A DNA stretch of 58,938 nucleotides from Candidatus Falkowbacteria bacterium (GTDB lineage Bacteria > Patescibacteriota > Patescibacteriia > Patescibacteriales > GWE2-39-37), in the NCBI GenBank assembly GCA_037137775.1, contig JBAXJQ010000004.1:1-58938 (forward strand). The letters run 5' to 3'. The notes beneath the pieces are model-generated. The model was not told the origin of the DNA, searched no databases, and saw nothing but the letters and a program-made list of their open reading frames with translations. Position numbers and translations under genes: made by a program. Numbering within the stretch: the first letter of the stretch is position 1; each line of letters begins with the position of its first letter. Below are positions 55,069 through 58,938 of the stretch, in pieces.

Positions 55069-56796
55069 ATGCCAAGCCAAAAAATTTCCATAAAACTTAA
55101 TAATAAATTGATTGCCACAGAGCCAGGTCAAACGATTATGCAGATTGCCGCTGCCAATGGGGTGGAAATTCCCAGTTTGTGCGAACATCCGGATTTTCCG
55201 CACAAGGCCAATTGCCGGGTGTGTGTGGTGGAGGTGACCATGCCGAATAGTAATGGTAAAAGTCGTTTAATGACGTCTTGTTCAGTAGCGGCGGCCGAGG
55301 GCATGGTAATTGAAACCGACTCACCCAAAGTGCGTCGTGCCCGCAATACTAATTTAGAGATGATCTATGCAGAGCATATTGAGAAGTGTGCTACCTGCGT
55401 GTGGCGTTTAAATTGTAAACTCTTGCAATATGCAGCGAAGTATAAAATTTTGTTGACTACCTTTAAAGAGCGCAAAGTTGATCGGCCAACCTATAAATTC
55501 GCCAATGCCGTTGAGCTGGATGGTAGTCAGTGTATTGATTGTCGAAATTGTATCGAGGCCTGTTCTCGCATTCAGGGGATTAATTATCTCGAAGTCAAAG
55601 GCAAAGGCGTGAACCAAGAAGTTTGTCCCACCAGCGATAAAAATATTGAATGCATTTTGTGTGGCCAGTGTGCAGTGCATTGCCCGGTCAGTTCAGCACA
55701 GGAGCAATATCACTATCAAGAAGTAGAAAAAGTAATTGCGGATAAGAAAAAAATTACTGTGGTTCAGTTTGCCCCATCAATTCGGGTTTCAATTGGCGAG
55801 GAACTAGGCCTGGCTTATGGTGATATTGTGACCGAACAGATGACTGAGGCACTTAAACTACTTGGCTTTGATTATGTGTTTGATGTTAATTTTGCTGCTG
55901 ATGTCACGACCATGGTGGAGGCCGGGGAGTTGATTGAGAGGATTACCGAAAAAAAGCCAATGCCGATGATTACCTCTTGCTGCCCAGCGTGGGTGCGATA
56001 TGTTGAGTATTATCGACCAGATTTAATCCCACATCTCACCACCGCCCGTTCGCCGCAAATCCATCTTGGGGGCATTATTAAAACCTATTGGGCCGAGCAG
56101 GTTGGCGTGCGCCCCGAAGATATTGCCTTGGTTTCGATTATGCCGTGCACCGCTAAAAAGTATGAAGCCAGTCGGTCAGAACTTAAAATTAATGGCATGG
56201 ATCCGGTTGATTATGTCTTAACCACCAGGGAATTGGCCTTTATGATTAAAAGTGCTAGTATTGATTTTACCAAACTTAAAGGCGTAAAAACTGATAATCC
56301 GCTAGGAGAATTTACCGGCGCAGCCGCGATATATGGTGGTTCGGGCGGGGTGATGGAGTCTGCCTTGCGGACAGCTCAGGCAGTAATTTGTGGCGCTGAA
56401 AGTAAGCTGTGCCATGATCGGTTAGAATTTTTAGATACGCGCGGTTTAGATGGCATTAAGGAAACAACAGTGGAAATGGGCCAAAAGAAATTAAAAGTCG
56501 CAGTCATTAATGGCATCGGTCATTTTAAAGAGTTTGAATCACGCTTAATGGAATACGATTATGTTGAAGTTATGGCCTGTCCGGGCGGTTGTATTGGCGG
56601 TGGTGGTGAGCCGATTCCAACTACGGCTGAAATACGCAAACAGCGCATGGAGGCCTTACAACGCATTGATCGGAATCAGCCCGTACGCGAGGCGCATAAA
56701 AATAAAGGTGTCAAAAAAGCACTCGACTGGCTTAAAACTCAAGGCAAGCTAGAGCATACGGTTTTGCATACCACATACGAGAAACGAAAAAAGTAA
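55069..56796 (+). CDS. hydA: [FeFe]-hydrogenase group A catalytic subunit
   Basis: H-cluster motifs TSCCPAW, MPCTAKKYE, EVMACPGGCIGGGG. N-terminal 2Fe-2S, His-ligated 4Fe-4S (HIEKCATC) and two 4Fe-4S motifs. Confidence 0.93.
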   Translation: MPSQKISIKLNNKLIATEPGQTIMQIAAANGVEIPSLCEHPDFPHKANCRVCVVEVTMPNSNGKSRLMTSCSVAAAEGMVIETDSPKVRRARNTNLEMIYAEHIEKCATCVWRLNCKLLQYAAKYKILLTTFKERKVDRPTYKFANAVELDGSQCIDCRNCIEACSRIQGINYLEVKGKGVNQEVCPTSDKNIECILCGQCAVHCPVSSAQEQYHYQEVEKVIADKKKITVVQFAPSIRVSIGEELGLAYGDIVTEQMTEALKLLGFDYVFDVNFAADVTTMVEAGELIERITEKKPMPMITSCCPAWVRYVEYYRPDLIPHLTTARSPQIHLGGIIKTYWAEQVGVRPEDIALVSIMPCTAKKYEASRSELKINGMDPVDYVLTTRELAFMIKSASIDFTKLKGVKTDNPLGEFTGAAAIYGGSGGVMESALRTAQAVICGAESKLCHDRLEFLDTRGLDGIKETTVEMGQKKLKVAVINGIGHFKEFESRLMEYDYVEVMACPGGCIGGGGEPIPTTAEIRKQRMEALQRIDRNQPVREAHKNKGVKKALDWLKTQGKLEHTVLHTTYEKRKK

Positions 56797-56805
56797 TCTA
56801 AACTT

Positions 56806-57420
56806 ATGACATACTATATTAACGATGATGAGCGAGAACAGTTAGTAGAGGATCAACAGCAACGTGAAGACGAACAAGAACCTGAAGAGGGTTTAGAACA
56901 GGAACAGGAAATTCCGCGCGTAGACACTTGGGCTGCAGCGCGGTTTATTACTTTAGCAGGGCTAGCCACCGGTTTGCCTTTTGTAATTCATTATCAGTTA
57001 TTGTCTGGCCCAATCGTGAATGCGATTTTGATAATATTATTGTTTGTAGTTGGTATCCGCAGTGCCTTGTTGGTGGCCTTAATCCCTAGTTTAATGGCCT
57101 TGGCTGGAGGATTACTCCCCTTACCACTCGCGCCCGCTGTGCCCTTTATTATGATTAGTAATGTGTTATTTGTCTTAGTGATTGACTATTGTTACAAAAG
57201 AATGAAAGATCCGCAACAAGGCTATTGGACGGGCGTGATTGTTGGCGCTGGTGCCAAGTTTATCTTTTTATTTATATCAGTAAATTTAATCGTCCGCATT
57301 GCCGCCAATCAAGCATTGGCACCAAAAGTGGCTCAGATGATGAGCTGGCCCCAGTTTGCCACTGCTTTGGCCGGCGGGGTGATTGCCTGGGCGGTTTTAC
57401 GTTGGTTAAAACGAATTTAA
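56806..57420 (+). CDS. ECF transporter S-component-like membrane protein with acidic N-terminus
   Basis: QLLSGPIVNAIL, PFIMISN, MMSWPQFATALAGG. Confidence 0.7.
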   Translation: MTYYINDDEREQLVEDQQQREDEQEPEEGLEQEQEIPRVDTWAAARFITLAGLATGLPFVIHYQLLSGPIVNAILIILLFVVGIRSALLVALIPSLMALAGGLLPLPLAPAVPFIMISNVLFVLVIDYCYKRMKDPQQGYWTGVIVGAGAKFIFLFISVNLIVRIAANQALAPKVAQMMSWPQFATALAGGVIAWAVLRWLKRI

Positions 57421-57424
57421 TAAT

Positions 57425-57853
57425 ATGACACAATATCCTTACCCACGCATTGGTATTGGCGTGATGATTCAAAATGAACAAGGTGAGGTTTTGCTCGGTT
57501 TGCGTAAAAGTTCGCATGGGACTGGCGAATGGAGTTTTCCAGGCGGTCACCTAGAAATGGGTGAGACTATGTTTGAGTGCGCCAAGCGAGAAGTAGCAGA
57601 AGAAACCGGGTTGGTTGTTGATGACTTTGAATTAATTTCAGTTGCCGATGAATTGCGTTATTACGAATCCGATGGTAAACACTATGTTAATATCGGCATC
57701 AAGGCCAAATATGCCGGTGGCGAGCCGCAACCGCTCGAGCCGGATAAATGTGCCGAGTGGCAGTGGTTCAGTCTCGATGCCTTGCCAGAAAAACTGTTTC
57801 AAGGCACGGAATTGACGATTACTAATTTTAAACGAGGGAAAATATATGGATAA
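57425..57853 (+). CDS. NUDIX hydrolase (NUDT15/MutT-like)
   Basis: Nudix box GGHLEMGETMFECAKREVAEETG, EPDKCAEWQWF. Confidence 0.93.
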   Translation: MTQYPYPRIGIGVMIQNEQGEVLLGLRKSSHGTGEWSFPGGHLEMGETMFECAKREVAEETGLVVDDFELISVADELRYYESDGKHYVNIGIKAKYAGGEPQPLEPDKCAEWQWFSLDALPEKLFQGTELTITNFKRGKIYG

Positions 57854-58529
57854 ACCAGGAAAATTAGCAAAATTTATTGTCGTAATTTTAATTTTTGGAT
57901 TTTGGCTCTCATTTATTAAAGGCTTTACTGAGCCATCGTATATTTGGGGTGCAGAAAATGCTGCATTTACGAGTCTTTTTACAATGTTAAATCTTATAAT
58001 CTCCACTCCAATATTTGCTTGGGATGTATTTCGATACAACAAATGGAAAAGCATTTTAACTTCTTTTGATAGCTTTTTTTATTTTGCGGATATTATTACA
58101 TTATTTGGTTTATTTATTAGTTTTTTGTTTTTAATCGGTATGTTAAATCAAAAAAACTTTTTATTTTTGTGCCAATCCAGTCAGTGTCATATTGAAGAAG
58201 CATTATACAAAAAAGACATAACCGCATGCGAATTACTTAAAGATGATAATTCAAAATTAAAATGTTTTTTAAATTTTTCTTACCAATGGGGTGAAAATGC
58301 AGATATGGCACCAAAAGATTTAAGACCGTGTCAGGAAATTAACAAATTAAATATCAAAGACAAAACTTACCATTACAACGAATGTGTTGTTAGAGTCGCA
58401 AAAATCACTGGCGAGATTAGCTTTTGTCAGCAATTGGATACCTCTTTGCGACCAACTTCAAACACCAAGGGTGTTACAAGTGTAATAGATGAATGTGAGA
58501 TTGGTGTAAGAAATCAGTATCGTAAATAA
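57846..58529 (+). CDS. Hypothetical membrane protein with Cys-rich C-terminal domain
   Basis: Three TM segments then repeated Cys pairs. AT-rich. Confidence 0.65.
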   Translation: MDKPGKLAKFIVVILIFGFWLSFIKGFTEPSYIWGAENAAFTSLFTMLNLIISTPIFAWDVFRYNKWKSILTSFDSFFYFADIITLFGLFISFLFLIGMLNQKNFLFLCQSSQCHIEEALYKKDITACELLKDDNSKLKCFLNFSYQWGENADMAPKDLRPCQEINKLNIKDKTYHYNECVVRVAKITGEISFCQQLDTSLRPTSNTKGVTSVIDECEIGVRNQYRK

Positions 58530-58616
58530 CTATATGAAGTACATACTAAAAATTTCTTTATCCTCTGCTATTGTTGTATTCGTTTCAATGCTCGAATCCA
58601 AAATATTCAAAATATT

Positions 58617-58928
58617 TTATGATATAATTTTTCCAGCACAAAAAATAAGTAATATCATTGTTGATATTCCGCTTAAACAAAATAATTCATTTGAAGCAGG
58701 AATGGTTTTTGTAGTTCCTTCAATATTTATAACTAATGAAATAAATTCATCTGGATGCCGAGGATCTCTTTTTGTTATCCCATCAGGTTTAAACTGATCA
58801 TCAGGAACTTCTTTTAAAAAAATACTTTCATTTCCTATTAAATAACTCATTTCTCTAGAATTATCATCTACGTGTATTATTATCATTGTTGCATGGTTAG
58901 TTTCTTGTGGTGCTGCTGCTGCTGACAT
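58617..58928 (-). CDS. Hypothetical protein, possibly with a premature stop
   Basis: 103-aa ORF whose frame stays open ~28 codons past the TAA. Competes with + ORF 58534-58797. Confidence 0.3.
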   Translation of the reverse strand: MSAAAAPQETNHATMIIIHVDDNSREMSYLIGNESIFLKEVPDDQFKPDGITKRDPRHPDEFISLVINIEGTTKTIPASNELFCLSGISTMILLIFCAGKIIS

Positions 58929-58938
58929 AATATATAAG

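Noticed and set aside
58534..58797. 87-aa + strand ORF
   Set aside because: Overlaps a minus-strand ORF codon for codon and has no motif. It cannot be resolved at the window edge.
1..58938. Alternative genetic code 25 (TGA=Gly) as in Gracilibacteria/Absconditabacteria
   Set aside because: Conserved genes are full length under code 11, and recO ends at TGA at the expected length.

Overview
Core-genome window of a small-genome bacterium, most likely Patescibacteria/CPR (Parcubacteria/ABY1-like). This is inferred from the lack of rpmD (uL30) between rpsE and rplO, from most genes lacking a Shine-Dalgarno site, and from CPR-typical gene fusions. TGA is used as a stop, so the code is standard table 11. 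About 14-33 kb is the str/S10/spc ribosomal superoperon (rpsL to secY-adk-map), carrying two inserted hypothetical genes and several structured intergenic leaders. After it come ruvX, recO, a T-box-regulated aspS, rodA/ftsW, rplY, rpmE-prfA-prmC, rpsB-tsf, gap, a NuoF/HydB-like flavoprotein and a group A [FeFe]-hydrogenase. The ORF track missed a 59-aa rpmB (bL28) at 13048-13227 (-). The three most interesting items are: (1) a self-contained, SD-bearing four-gene operon at 7180-10130 that looks like a divergent atcJABC J-domain/RNA-polymerase-regulator system, described in Shewanella and not known to me from CPR; (2) a methyltransferase-like gene at the left edge, bracketed by ~70-bp imperfect inverted repeats ending in a cluster of dif/loxP-like half-sites, suggesting a tyrosine-recombinase cassette; (3) a four-way-junction RNA plus a terminator-like element between rpsJ and rplC. 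All family assignments come from motifs read by eye and from recall. No database search was run.
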